From contig CAZUJQ010000003.1 of the NCBI GenBank assembly GCA_964620805.1, forward strand, positions 1 through 57,583: a DNA stretch of 57,583 nucleotides, read 5' to 3'. Below are positions 28,120-37,546 of the stretch, piece after piece. The translations under genes and the position numbers were made by a program. Each line of letters begins with the position of its first letter. Within the stretch, counting starts at the first letter, position 1. The notes below the pieces were generated by a model that saw only the letters and a program-made list of their open reading frames with translations, was not told where the DNA came from and ran no database searches. This stretch comes from an uncultured Planctomycetales bacterium. GTDB lineage: Bacteria > Omnitrophota > Gorgyraeia > Zapsychrales > JAHFFX01.

Positions 28120-30131
28120 AAGCACTGTCTAAGAAATCTAAGAAGCCCAAACCACCAATGTCAGATCCCATCGATATCGGACAAGAGATTTATGGGCTTA
28201 TGGTTGAGCTTTATCCGATTTGCCGTAGTATCACCGGCGATGGCGTTCGAAAAACGCTGCGCATAATTTCAAAACATATTCCCCTTAAGGTCACAGAAGT
28301 GCCGACCGGGATAAAAGTGTTGGATTGGACCGTACCCAGAGAGTGGAACATTAAGGATGCTTATATTAAAAATTCTAGGGGAGAGAAGATAATAGATTTC
28401 AAGCATTCCAATCTGCATGTTTTGAATTACAGTGTGCCTGTCTCTAAAACGGTAAACCTCGAAGAATTAAAGAAACATATTTTTACTTTGCCCCAATATC
28501 CCGATCGAATACCTTACCGGACGTCCTATTATCAGGAGAATTGGGGCTTTTGTATGACTCACCATCAGTTCCAGCAATTAAAAGAGGATACGTATAAAGT
28601 TGTGATCGACTCAGAGCTAAAAGAAGGGAGCCTTACCTTTGGTGAGTTCTTTCTTGAGGGGAATTCAAAAGAAGAAATCTTGTTTTCCTGTTATCTTTGC
28701 CATCCCTCTTTGTGCAATGACAATTTAAGCGGAATTGTCCTTTTGACATTCTTGGCCAAATCCCTTTTAGGGCATTCTTTAAAATATTCGTATCGGTTTT
28801 TGTTTATTCCGGAGACAATCGGCTCTATTACGTGGTTGAGTTTAAATGAAGAAAGGGTCGAAAATATCAAAGGTGGATTAGTCGCAACCTGTGTGGGTGA
28901 TCCCGGTTCAATGACCTACAAGAAAAGCCGCAAAGCAAATACCTTGATTGATAAGACGGTGGAAAAAGCCCTGATTGATTTAAAAGATCCCTATAAAATC
29001 ATCGACTTTTTTCCATCGGGAAGCGATGAGCGTCAATTCTGTTCTCCGGGTTTTAATTTGCCGATCGGTTCATTGATGAGGACCCCCTACGGGCAGTTTT
29101 CTCAATATCATACTTCGGCCGATAATTTAGATTTTGTAGAGCCTCAATATTTAGGCGATTCCTTTAAAAAATATGAAGCGGTCGTTTCAATCTTAGAAAA
29201 AGATAGTACCTACCTTAATCTTAATCCTAAATGCGAGCCTCAATTGGGAAAGCGGGGACTTTACAGTATGATCAGCGGATTTGGTGAGGACGGAGCCAGG
29301 GAGGTAGCTATGCTCTGGGTTCTTAATCTTTCCGATGGAAACCACTCCCTCTTAGATATTGCTATCCGTTCACAATTGCCTTTTGAACGGATTAGAGAGG
29401 CGGCCGACGCCTTATTGAAAAGCGGTCTATTAAAAATCGCACTAACCACACAGAAAGAAGATTTTACTCCGATGTCCCCATGTCCATCTCAGGCGGATGA
29501 AGCAGCGGTGGATCGGAGTTTCCCGACCGAAGCATCGGGGAACCGCGAAACAAAAGAGGCCATGGACGATAGCCCACGGAGCTTCACCTTAAGGCAGGCG
29601 CGGAAGAATGACTGCAAGGATTTATGGGTTTGGCGCAATCACCCTGAGGTCAGAAAGTGGTGTTTTAATAAAGAGGGAATCCCCTATGGGCAGCATAAAA
29701 CATGGTTTGAAGGGATATCAAAAAACGGCAAAACAACGATATTTATCATACAAGGGAAGGATAAGGAAAAGCTCGGCCAAGTGAGGTTCGATGGTGTCGG
29801 TTCTGAAAAGGCTCTCATCAATATCAATCTTAATCCGAAATTTTTTAACAGAGGAATCGGGACGCGCGCGATTCAAATGGCGACAAGAATTTTTTTAGAG
29901 TCCACCCCGGCAGTTAAAGAAATTATTGCCGAGATTTTTAAACAGAATGCCGTTTCAAAGCGAGCTTTTCAAAAAGCGGAATATTTAAAGCTAAGAAGTG
30001 AAGTCAAAAACAACGAGAAAATAGAGATTTTTTCCTTTAAGCGTAGCCTTAAAGTTCCTGAAAATGCAAGTGAAAAATCAAACCGATATATTTATGAAAA
30101 AAGAGGGCAATGCCTGGTTTCAGAGAAATAA
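28101..30131 (+). CDS. DUF4910 (DUF2172 + M28-like + HTH) protein fused to PseH-like GNAT acetyltransferase
   Basis: YPICRSITGDGVRKT, WTVPREW, YRTSYYQENWGFC, CHPSLCNDNLSG, SDERQFCSPG, YHTSAD, CEPQLGKRGLY; then LRQARKNDCKDLWVWRNHPEVR..HKTWF..IGTR..NAVSKRAF. True start may be ATG 28158. Confidence 0.82.
   Translation: MGNLQLKALSKKSKKPKPPMSDPIDIGQEIYGLMVELYPICRSITGDGVRKTLRIISKHIPLKVTEVPTGIKVLDWTVPREWNIKDAYIKNSRGEKIIDFKHSNLHVLNYSVPVSKTVNLEELKKHIFTLPQYPDRIPYRTSYYQENWGFCMTHHQFQQLKEDTYKVVIDSELKEGSLTFGEFFLEGNSKEEILFSCYLCHPSLCNDNLSGIVLLTFLAKSLLGHSLKYSYRFLFIPETIGSITWLSLNEERVENIKGGLVATCVGDPGSMTYKKSRKANTLIDKTVEKALIDLKDPYKIIDFFPSGSDERQFCSPGFNLPIGSLMRTPYGQFSQYHTSADNLDFVEPQYLGDSFKKYEAVVSILEKDSTYLNLNPKCEPQLGKRGLYSMISGFGEDGAREVAMLWVLNLSDGNHSLLDIAIRSQLPFERIREAADALLKSGLLKIALTTQKEDFTPMSPCPSQADEAAVDRSFPTEASGNRETKEAMDDSPRSFTLRQARKNDCKDLWVWRNHPEVRKWCFNKEGIPYGQHKTWFEGISKNGKTTIFIIQGKDKEKLGQVRFDGVGSEKALININLNPKFFNRGIGTRAIQMATRIFLESTPAVKEIIAEIFKQNAVSKRAFQKAEYLKLRSEVKNNEKIEIFSFKRSLKVPENASEKSNRYIYEKRGQCLVSEK
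29483..29543. repeat. Two short palindromes inside the DUF4910-GNAT linker
   Basis: TCCATC-TCA-GGCGGA (29483-29497, imperfect) and GTTTCCCGA-CCGAAGCA-TCGGGGAAC (29518-29543, 9-bp stem with one G-U). Confidence 0.5.
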
Positions 30132-30771
30132 AAAGGCATTGCATGATTTTCATATCCTGACGAAGGATAATGTCCTTCGTTTAATCAGGGAAGCAGGAAT
30201 CATTCCCAAGAAAGCTTTAGAAGCAGGCTGCAGTAATGGTTGGAGGCTTGGGGAAATCGAAAGGCAATATGGCTGCGAGTGTCTTGGCGTCGATGCCTCA
30301 CGAAAAGCCATTAGTGACGGGGAAAAGAGATATCCGAATATCATTTTTAAATATGGGAATATTGCTTCCTTACCGATTAAAAATGAATGCTTTGATCTGG
30401 TGATTGTCCATTTTGTCTTTCATTGGGTGGCCCGCGATTTGCTTTTGAAGTCTGTCGCTGAGATAGACCGCATCGTTGCCGATGGTGGGTTTCTCATTTT
30501 GGGAGATTTTTTGCCCGATAAACCTCTTAAAAACTATTACCATCATCTTCCGGCACGGGAGGTTTATACCTACAAGCTCGATTACACCAATATTTTTATT
30601 TCCTCGGGTTTGTATAAGGTTGTTGGCAAAGTGGTATTTGATCACGACAATCGAGACAATCAGGGTGAGATTTCGCCTTATAGTCGGGCGGGATGCTTTC
30701 TCTTAAAGAAGTCGATCCATGATTTTTATGAGTTGCAAACCGGGAATCATCAACGGAAGGCAACGGTTTAA
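30064..30771 (+). CDS. Class I SAM-dependent methyltransferase
   Basis: LEAGCSNGWRL, LGVDAS, FDLVIVHFVFHWV. Confidence 0.82.
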   Translation: MQVKNQTDIFMKKEGNAWFQRNKKALHDFHILTKDNVLRLIREAGIIPKKALEAGCSNGWRLGEIERQYGCECLGVDASRKAISDGEKRYPNIIFKYGNIASLPIKNECFDLVIVHFVFHWVARDLLLKSVAEIDRIVADGGFLILGDFLPDKPLKNYYHHLPAREVYTYKLDYTNIFISSGLYKVVGKVVFDHDNRDNQGEISPYSRAGCFLLKKSIHDFYELQTGNHQRKATV

Positions 30772-32733
30772 ATGCAAGTTATAGTCCTAGAGTTCCTTGA
30801 TGAGGCTAAAGCCTTTATAAAAAAATACGGCCAAAATTTTTTAAAAGAAAAGAATGTCCTAATCGTCTCTCTCCATCCTAAAGTGAGCGCTTATTTAAAA
30901 AAACAAAATATCGCTTTCCGCGATACGGTTGAATATTTAAATAATGCGGCCCAGCATGATATCCTTTTGAAAACCGAAGAATTGACTATGCAGATTTTGC
31001 CGAAATTATCCCTGACCGACCATTATGGCTTAACCAAGACCTACGAAGAGACCTGTATTTACCATTTACGTTTTTATATGAGCCATTTTTTATGGATCAT
31101 AGAGATATTAAACGCTGTTGGTTGCCAGCATCGCGTTGAAAAAATCTATTGTTCTTTACCGAATAATCGGCAAAAAATGTATACAAACAATGTGCTCCTA
31201 CAGGACAGGGAGCGGTTTTTAGGTTTTTTGGCCAAAGATTTTTGTCGATTAAGAGGAATCGTTTTTGAGGGTTTACCGCAAAGACATCCGTTGCTTAAAG
31301 ATTTTTTTGTTTTCTTGGCAACAAAAACCGTTCGTACGATCGGCAAAATATTAACGTGGATCGATTATCAATTTTTAACTCGCCAGGAAAAGAAAACGGT
31401 TATTGTCCCGGCGCTTTCTTATCGGATGGATGCATTGCTCAAAGAGATTCAGCAAATCGTTCCTGATGTCCGAAGCGTTATGGTTTGGGAGGGAAAATCT
31501 ACGCTTAAGCAGGAATTGTACAGGATATATTTGGTTTTGGATAATTGGCTTAAGAAATTAAGAAAGAAAAATCCCATCGATGGTATAATCTCGCTCGATT
31601 TGATTAATGGCCGATTTAAAGCCGATCAAAAACTTCAAAATGAAATGGCCAGCGAGTTTGATAAAATCTCTGATTTTATTATTTCCTCGGGTCAACAGCA
31701 GTTTACCTATAAAGGGGTATTCTTCGGCCGGTATCTGACGGAAAAAATCGAACGAGGCTTAAAGGAGGAAATCTTGTCCCTGCAACATATGGGTAAGATC
31801 TTAATTGAAGTTTTCAACCGATTAAAGCCCCAGCTTTTGATGTCGATGTACAGTAATGGGATTTATTTTGCGATGGGAGAGATTGCTCGCTATCTGGGCT
31901 TTTGTTCCTTGTCTATTAGCCACGGAACCCATGTGCCGCCCAACAACAGATTTGAAGAAATCGAGAATTATCGGCTATCCAAAAGCGTTATTTTAAATGA
32001 CTACGAATTTGTGGCCGTTCAAACACCATGGGCCAATAGATTTCTTGATTATTACGGGGATAAAAGAGAGCGTCTCTTTTCTGGCCCCTTGCTATACACA
32101 CAAAAAAATAAGGCGATAGGACAGAAGATAAGAAACAAAATTGTCAACGGCAATGAAAATATGAGAATCATTGTCCATGCCACGACACAGAAAACCCGCG
32201 GTGGCATGCGCTTTCATATCGCAGAAACTTTAGATGAATATCTTTCGACACTTTCCGATATTATCCATGCGATCAACGAATGGCTAGAGAGTTATCTGGT
32301 CGTCCGACCTCATCCGGCCTGTGATTTAACCGAAGAGGAATATCGACTTCTTTTGCCTGAATGCCGGCGGATGAGCATCCTCAATAAAGGCAATTTCTCG
32401 AAAGTGTTATCGGTGGCTGACCTTTTGGTTAGTTATTCTTCGACCTGCATAGAAGAGGCCGTTCAAAACGATATTCCGGTTGTCCTTTTTGATAAATGGA
32501 AACGGTACAACCATTTTAATTTAGAAGAAGTTTTAGGGTCGGGATCGCTTGAACAGAAGCCAGCCTATTATTTAACCGAACCTTGCCTTCTTAAGGAGGT
32601 CATGCAGAAAATATTTGAGCTCCGGCAAAATAAAGAATTTAGTAAAGAAGATAGGGCTTATCGATATAAGCCTGAGGCGCGTTTAAATTTTTTGCATTTT
32701 GTGGAAAAGCGTTTAAATGGGAGCCATGATTAA
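30772..32733 (+). CDS. Large orphan surface-carbohydrate protein, probable GT-B-fold transferase
   Basis: SISHG, VVRPHP, ADLLVSYSSTCIEEAVQNDIPVV resemble C-termini of CDP-glycerophosphate/ulosonate transferases. Confidence 0.55.
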   Translation: MQVIVLEFLDEAKAFIKKYGQNFLKEKNVLIVSLHPKVSAYLKKQNIAFRDTVEYLNNAAQHDILLKTEELTMQILPKLSLTDHYGLTKTYEETCIYHLRFYMSHFLWIIEILNAVGCQHRVEKIYCSLPNNRQKMYTNNVLLQDRERFLGFLAKDFCRLRGIVFEGLPQRHPLLKDFFVFLATKTVRTIGKILTWIDYQFLTRQEKKTVIVPALSYRMDALLKEIQQIVPDVRSVMVWEGKSTLKQELYRIYLVLDNWLKKLRKKNPIDGIISLDLINGRFKADQKLQNEMASEFDKISDFIISSGQQQFTYKGVFFGRYLTEKIERGLKEEILSLQHMGKILIEVFNRLKPQLLMSMYSNGIYFAMGEIARYLGFCSLSISHGTHVPPNNRFEEIENYRLSKSVILNDYEFVAVQTPWANRFLDYYGDKRERLFSGPLLYTQKNKAIGQKIRNKIVNGNENMRIIVHATTQKTRGGMRFHIAETLDEYLSTLSDIIHAINEWLESYLVVRPHPACDLTEEEYRLLLPECRRMSILNKGNFSKVLSVADLLVSYSSTCIEEAVQNDIPVVLFDKWKRYNHFNLEEVLGSGSLEQKPAYYLTEPCLLKEVMQKIFELRQNKEFSKEDRAYRYKPEARLNFLHFVEKRLNGSHD

Positions 32734-33479
32734 TGAATACGGTTTTAATTATGGCCAAAGAGGGAAGTTTAGGTCTGCCAGGTAAAAATATCTGGAGAAT
32801 CAAGGGCCGTACGCTCTTGGGCTGGACGATTTATGATGCCCAGCGTTCAAAGCTGGTCGATAAGATTTTTGTCAGCACTAACGGCGAAAAGATCGCCAAA
32901 GTCGCCCAAAAGGCCGGGGCAGATGTGATAGGACGCGATAGCGAACTTGCTAAAAATGAAAAATTTTTGGAAGCGGTTGATCAAGCAGTAACCTATATTA
33001 AGAATAAATATCCCGACCTGGAAATTATTGCCATTCCGCAGTGTGTTGTCCCGTTTCGCGATCCCGATATTTTTGACAGATGCATTAACTTCTTAAGAGA
33101 GAATAAGGATTACGATTCAGCGGTTACGATCCGAAGGATTCCTTTTATTCCTGGCGCCATTATGAAGAAAGAGGATGGACAGCTTCTGCCGTATTTTCCC
33201 GAATTGCAGCAATCCGTTTCGGGTTCACGCCAAGATAGCGAAGGTCATGAAATCGATCATGCGGTTGAGTGTTTTACGTATAAGTCATGGTTAAATCGTG
33301 AAAAAGGGACCAAGCCGTGGAATTACTTGGGTCGTAAGATAAAAGGTATTGAACAAAATTTTCATAATCCTAACTGTTTTGTGGACGTGCATACGCTCGA
33401 TGATATCGAATGGCTGAAATTTATCGTGAAAAATCTGGGATATTCGGGGATGAAAAGAAAGGCGAAGCCCGGCCATTAA
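32733..33479 (+). CDS. Acylneuraminate cytidylyltransferase family protein (NeuA-like, divergent)
   Basis: IMAKEGSLGLPGKNI, IFVSTN, PFRDP, VDVHTLDD. Confidence 0.72.
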   Translation: MNTVLIMAKEGSLGLPGKNIWRIKGRTLLGWTIYDAQRSKLVDKIFVSTNGEKIAKVAQKAGADVIGRDSELAKNEKFLEAVDQAVTYIKNKYPDLEIIAIPQCVVPFRDPDIFDRCINFLRENKDYDSAVTIRRIPFIPGAIMKKEDGQLLPYFPELQQSVSGSRQDSEGHEIDHAVECFTYKSWLNREKGTKPWNYLGRKIKGIEQNFHNPNCFVDVHTLDDIEWLKFIVKNLGYSGMKRKAKPGH

Positions 33480-34151
33480 ATGATCAAAGTGATTATTTTT
33501 GATTTTGACGGAGTGATCTTGGAATCGGTGGATATCAAAACAGCCGCCTTTGTGGATCTTTTTAAGGATTTCCCTGAACATCTGGACGAAATCAAAGAGT
33601 ACCATCTTTTAAATGGCGGTATTTCGCGCCAGAGAAAATTTTGTCACATCTATAAAAACATTTTGAAAAAACCGTTGAGTGAAAAAAAAATCAATGAACT
33701 CTGCCGAAAATTCCGCAAGCTTGTGATAGACAAGGTTGTGGCAGCCGATTTTGTGGGCGGCGCGCAAGAGTTCCTTCAGAAGAACGCTGGCCATTTTGAG
33801 ATGTTTGTCGCTTCCGGCACGCCCCAGGAAGAGATCGAAGAGGTCGTCCAAAGCAAGGGCTTAATAAAATATTTTGCCGGTGTGTACGGTTCTCCCAAAA
33901 CAAAAGATAAAATCGTCAGCGATATTATGAAAAAAGACCGTTTTAAGCAGGAAGAGGTCCTTTTTGTGGGTGATTCGATAACGGATTTAAATGCTGCCAA
34001 AGAAACCGGTGTCCATTTTGTAGCACGTGTGAGTGTCGAAACATTCTTTTGGCTCAAAGACCCGGCGGTTTTTGCGGTGATCCCGACTTTATCAAGGCTG
34101 GATGCCGTTTTGGAAGATTTGAATAAGGAGGATATCCTTGCGAGAGAATAG
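33480..34151 (+). CDS. HAD-superfamily hydrolase (subfamily IA)
   Basis: FDFDGVILES, VASGTP, FVGDSITD. Confidence 0.85.
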   Translation: MIKVIIFDFDGVILESVDIKTAAFVDLFKDFPEHLDEIKEYHLLNGGISRQRKFCHIYKNILKKPLSEKKINELCRKFRKLVIDKVVAADFVGGAQEFLQKNAGHFEMFVASGTPQEEIEEVVQSKGLIKYFAGVYGSPKTKDKIVSDIMKKDRFKQEEVLFVGDSITDLNAAKETGVHFVARVSVETFFWLKDPAVFAVIPTLSRLDAVLEDLNKEDILARE

Positions 34152-34911
34152 CCTGAAAAGAAAATTAAACCGCAAAAAAGCAGTTTTAGGCGGATGGATC
34201 ACAATCGGCAATGAAATTATCGTTGAGACGATGGCCAAGATGCCGTTGGATTTTGTCGTTGTCGATATGGAACACAGCGCCATTGAATTGCCGCAGGCAC
34301 AAAATCTAATACGCATTGTTGATCTTGTCGGGAATGTTCCTCTGGTGCGTGTGGGTGAAAATGACCCGGCCTTGATTAAGCGGGTAATGGATGCGGGCGC
34401 CTACGGCGTTATTATTCCTATGATCAATAATAAATCGGATGCGGTCAAAGCGGTGGAAGCGGTGCGTTATCCGCCTTTGGGCAGACGGGGTGTGGGTTTA
34501 GCGCGGGCTCAGGGTTACGGGATTTCTTTTGAAAAGTATAAAAGATCACTGGCCTCTCAAAGCGTTGTGATCCTTCAGATCGAACATATCGATGCGGTCA
34601 GAAATTTAAAAAGTATTTTAAGTGTCGATGGCGTGGATGGTTTTATCGTAGGGCCATATGATTTGTCGGGTTCAATGGGCCGGCCGGGGGAATTTTCGCA
34701 TCCCTCGGTCAAAGAGGCGCTTGTCGCAGTGATGCGAGTGGCGAAAGAGATGAAAGCGATCGCAGGCATCCATGTGATCCCCCCTGATCCGAATGAAGTC
34801 AAATTGCGATTAAAGCAAGGCTATTCGTTGATCGCGTTTAGTTTGGATACGCTTGTTTTTCAAAGAAGCTATGAAAAATATTTAAAGGATATCAACCTAA
34901 GAAGAAAATAG
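34138..34911 (+). CDS. HpcH/HpaI class II pyruvate aldolase
   Basis: TTG start; VVDMEHS, LVRV, MDAGAYGVIIP, QIEH, VGPYDLSGSMG. Confidence 0.87.
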   Translation: MRENSLKRKLNRKKAVLGGWITIGNEIIVETMAKMPLDFVVVDMEHSAIELPQAQNLIRIVDLVGNVPLVRVGENDPALIKRVMDAGAYGVIIPMINNKSDAVKAVEAVRYPPLGRRGVGLARAQGYGISFEKYKRSLASQSVVILQIEHIDAVRNLKSILSVDGVDGFIVGPYDLSGSMGRPGEFSHPSVKEALVAVMRVAKEMKAIAGIHVIPPDPNEVKLRLKQGYSLIAFSLDTLVFQRSYEKYLKDINLRRK

Positions 34912-35679
34912 ATGAGAGTCATTGCTGTGATTCCGGCCCGGATGGGTTCGTGGAGGTTTCCGGGAAAACCTTTATGCGATATTTGTGGTGTTACGATGAT
35001 CGAACATGTCTATAAAAGGACCGCCTTGAGCAAAATCCTCGATGAAGTTTATGTTGCGACCTGCAATGAAGAGATCAAGCAGGTTGGGGAAGGTTTTGGC
35101 GGCAAAGTCATCATGACACCCGATACCTTTAACCGTTGCACGGATCGGGTTGCTTACGCCATTAAAAAAATCAAATCCAAAGCCGACATTGTTGTATTGA
35201 TTCAGGGTGATGAGCCGCTTGTGCATCCGCAGATGATCGATACGGCTGTTAAACCGCTTTTGAAAGATCAAGATTTGGTCTGCTCCTGCTTGATTAAAAA
35301 AATTGAAACCGACGAAGAATTTGAAGACAAGAATGAGATCAAGGTCGTTAAGGACAAAAATAATTTTGCTTTGTACTTTTCACGCGAACCGATTCCTTCC
35401 GCGAAACTTTCGATGAGCCCCTTTGACCGTTATAAGCAGGTTTGTATTATGCCGTATCGCACGAAATTTCTTCTAAAATTCCCAAGTCTGCCGCAAACAC
35501 CGCTGGAAACGGTTGAGTCGGTGGATATGATGCGGATCTTGGAGTACGGTTACCGCATTAAGCTCATTGAAAGCCATTTTAAGACCTACAGCGTTGATGT
35601 GCCGGCGGATCAGAAAAAAGTGATTGAAGTGATGAAAAACGATCCGCTGTTCCCAAAATACAAAAACGACAGACGATGA
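34912..35679 (+). CDS. kdsB: 3-deoxy-manno-octulosonate cytidylyltransferase-like protein
   Basis: IPARMGSWRFPGKPL, IQGDEPL, ALYFSREPIP, LETVESVDMMRILE, SVD. Confidence 0.75.
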   Translation: MRVIAVIPARMGSWRFPGKPLCDICGVTMIEHVYKRTALSKILDEVYVATCNEEIKQVGEGFGGKVIMTPDTFNRCTDRVAYAIKKIKSKADIVVLIQGDEPLVHPQMIDTAVKPLLKDQDLVCSCLIKKIETDEEFEDKNEIKVVKDKNNFALYFSREPIPSAKLSMSPFDRYKQVCIMPYRTKFLLKFPSLPQTPLETVESVDMMRILEYGYRIKLIESHFKTYSVDVPADQKKVIEVMKNDPLFPKYKNDRR

Positions 35680-36638
35680 AGACACTGGTAACCTTAAGCA
35701 CATTTGCTCAATACAGCGAAGTGCCTTTAAAACGGCTTAAAGAAAAAGGTTTTGAGGTTATCACGAATCCTTATGGGCGTAAACTCACGGTCGAAGAAAG
35801 TTTTAAATTGTACACGCCCGATATTGACGCGGTCATCGCCGGGACCGAAGAGATATCATCCGAAATCATAAGCAAGGCTGATTCTTTAAAGGTGATTTCC
35901 CGCTGTGGGATCGGCTTAGACAATGTGGATTTGGCCGCCGCCCGAAAGAAGAAGATCAAGCTTTTTACAACCGGGGCTCACGTCATCGATGCGGTGGCGG
36001 AATTGACGGCCGGTCTTATTTTGGATTCTGTGCGTTTCGTTTCGCAGGCCGACCGTGCCGTAAGAGAGGAACGCTGGCATCGGCCGATGGGTTACCTTTT
36101 GCGTGGAAAAATTTTAGGCGTGATCGGTTTGGGGCAGGTCGGGAAAAGGCTGATTGAATTGATGAATAGTTTCGGCGTTAACCCCATCGCCTATGATCTT
36201 TCGCGAGACCAAAGATTTGCCGCCAAATACAAAGTCAAATATGTCTCTCTGGTTAAGCTTCTCAGCCATTCGGATATTGTCAGTATCCATCTGCCTTTAA
36301 ACGGCGGCACGCGAAATCTGATTAATGCAAAGACATTAAGCCAGATGAAAAAGGATGCTTTTTTCATCAATACGGCCCGCGGTGAAATCGTTGATGAACA
36401 GGCCCTCTACGAAGCTTTAAAGAACAAAAAAATCGCCGGAGCAGCTCTGGATGTCTTTGCGCAAGAGCCCTACAGTGGCCCGTTGAAAGAGTTGGATAAC
36501 ATTATTTTGACAACACACATCGGTTCGTATGCTCGCGAGGCGCGGATCAATATGGAATTGGAGGCAGTTGAAAATTTAATCCAAGTGTTAAATGGCTATC
36601 ATCCCCGGAGAAAATATAAGAGAGGAGTCATTTTATGA
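35676..36638 (+). CDS. D-isomer-specific 2-hydroxyacid dehydrogenase (phosphoglycerate dehydrogenase-like)
   Basis: ISRCGIGLDNVD, GVIGLGQVG, INTARG, LDVFAQEP, TTHIG. Confidence 0.85.
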   Translation: MKTLVTLSTFAQYSEVPLKRLKEKGFEVITNPYGRKLTVEESFKLYTPDIDAVIAGTEEISSEIISKADSLKVISRCGIGLDNVDLAAARKKKIKLFTTGAHVIDAVAELTAGLILDSVRFVSQADRAVREERWHRPMGYLLRGKILGVIGLGQVGKRLIELMNSFGVNPIAYDLSRDQRFAAKYKVKYVSLVKLLSHSDIVSIHLPLNGGTRNLINAKTLSQMKKDAFFINTARGEIVDEQALYEALKNKKIAGAALDVFAQEPYSGPLKELDNIILTTHIGSYAREARINMELEAVENLIQVLNGYHPRRKYKRGVIL

Positions 36639-37534
36639 AAGTAGTCATTTTTGGCGGTAGCGGGTTTTTGGGCAGTCATGTGGCAGACGTTTTATCATCG
36701 CAAAATCATGAGGTGACTATTTTTGATTTGCGCCCCTCATCTTATTTAAAACCCGAACAGGAAATGATCATCGGTGATATCCTGGACCTCGATGCAGTTA
36801 AAACAGTTACCAAGGGGGCGGAGGTCGTCTATAATTTTGCCGGAATCGCCGATATCAACGAGGCAAAATTCAATGCCTATAAGACGATCAATTCCAATGT
36901 GATGGGGACCGTGAATTTGCTTGAGGGTTGCTGTCGAAATAACATTAAGCGCTTTATTTTTGCCAGCACGGTTTATGTTTACAGCGAGGCGGGATCTTTT
37001 TATCGTGCCAGCAAGCAGGCCTGCGAACTTTTAATCGAATCTTATCACAAGCAGCACAATATTGATTTTACCATTTTGCGTTACGGCTCCTTATACGGCC
37101 CCCGCTCAGATGAAACAAATTGGATTCATAAAATCCTGAAACAAGCGCTTATAGAGAAAAAAATCGTGCGTAAAGGCGATGGAGAAGAAATCCGCGAATA
37201 TATCCATGTGTTGGACGCGGCGCGGCTTAGCGTCAAAATCCTTTCGGAGGAATTTAAAAATCAGTATGTCATCATCACCGGACAGCAACCTATTCAGATT
37301 AAAAACCTCATGATTATGGTTCAGGAGATGCTTAATAACGAGATCGATCTGGAATTTCTTAAAGAGAATTATGAAGAGCATTATGAGATTACCCCATATA
37401 ATTTCCGGCCGAAGCTCGCCAAAAGGATCGTTGATTCGAGCTATGTCGATTTAGGACAGGGAATTCTTGAGCTGTTAAATGTCATGTATGATAAGAAATC
37501 CGGTATACAAGAGCAGAAGCTGAAGTCTGTTTAA
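36635..37534 (+). CDS. NAD-dependent epimerase/dehydratase
   Basis: GGSGFLG, FAST, YRASK, LRYGSLYGP. Confidence 0.85.
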   Translation: MKVVIFGGSGFLGSHVADVLSSQNHEVTIFDLRPSSYLKPEQEMIIGDILDLDAVKTVTKGAEVVYNFAGIADINEAKFNAYKTINSNVMGTVNLLEGCCRNNIKRFIFASTVYVYSEAGSFYRASKQACELLIESYHKQHNIDFTILRYGSLYGPRSDETNWIHKILKQALIEKKIVRKGDGEEIREYIHVLDAARLSVKILSEEFKNQYVIITGQQPIQIKNLMIMVQEMLNNEIDLEFLKENYEEHYEITPYNFRPKLAKRIVDSSYVDLGQGILELLNVMYDKKSGIQEQKLKSV

Positions 37535-37546
37535 AAAGGAGCGGTT

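Noticed and set aside
35676-36638. serA (serine biosynthesis) call
   Set aside because: About 320 aa with no ACT domain, coupled within a kdsB/aldolase module.
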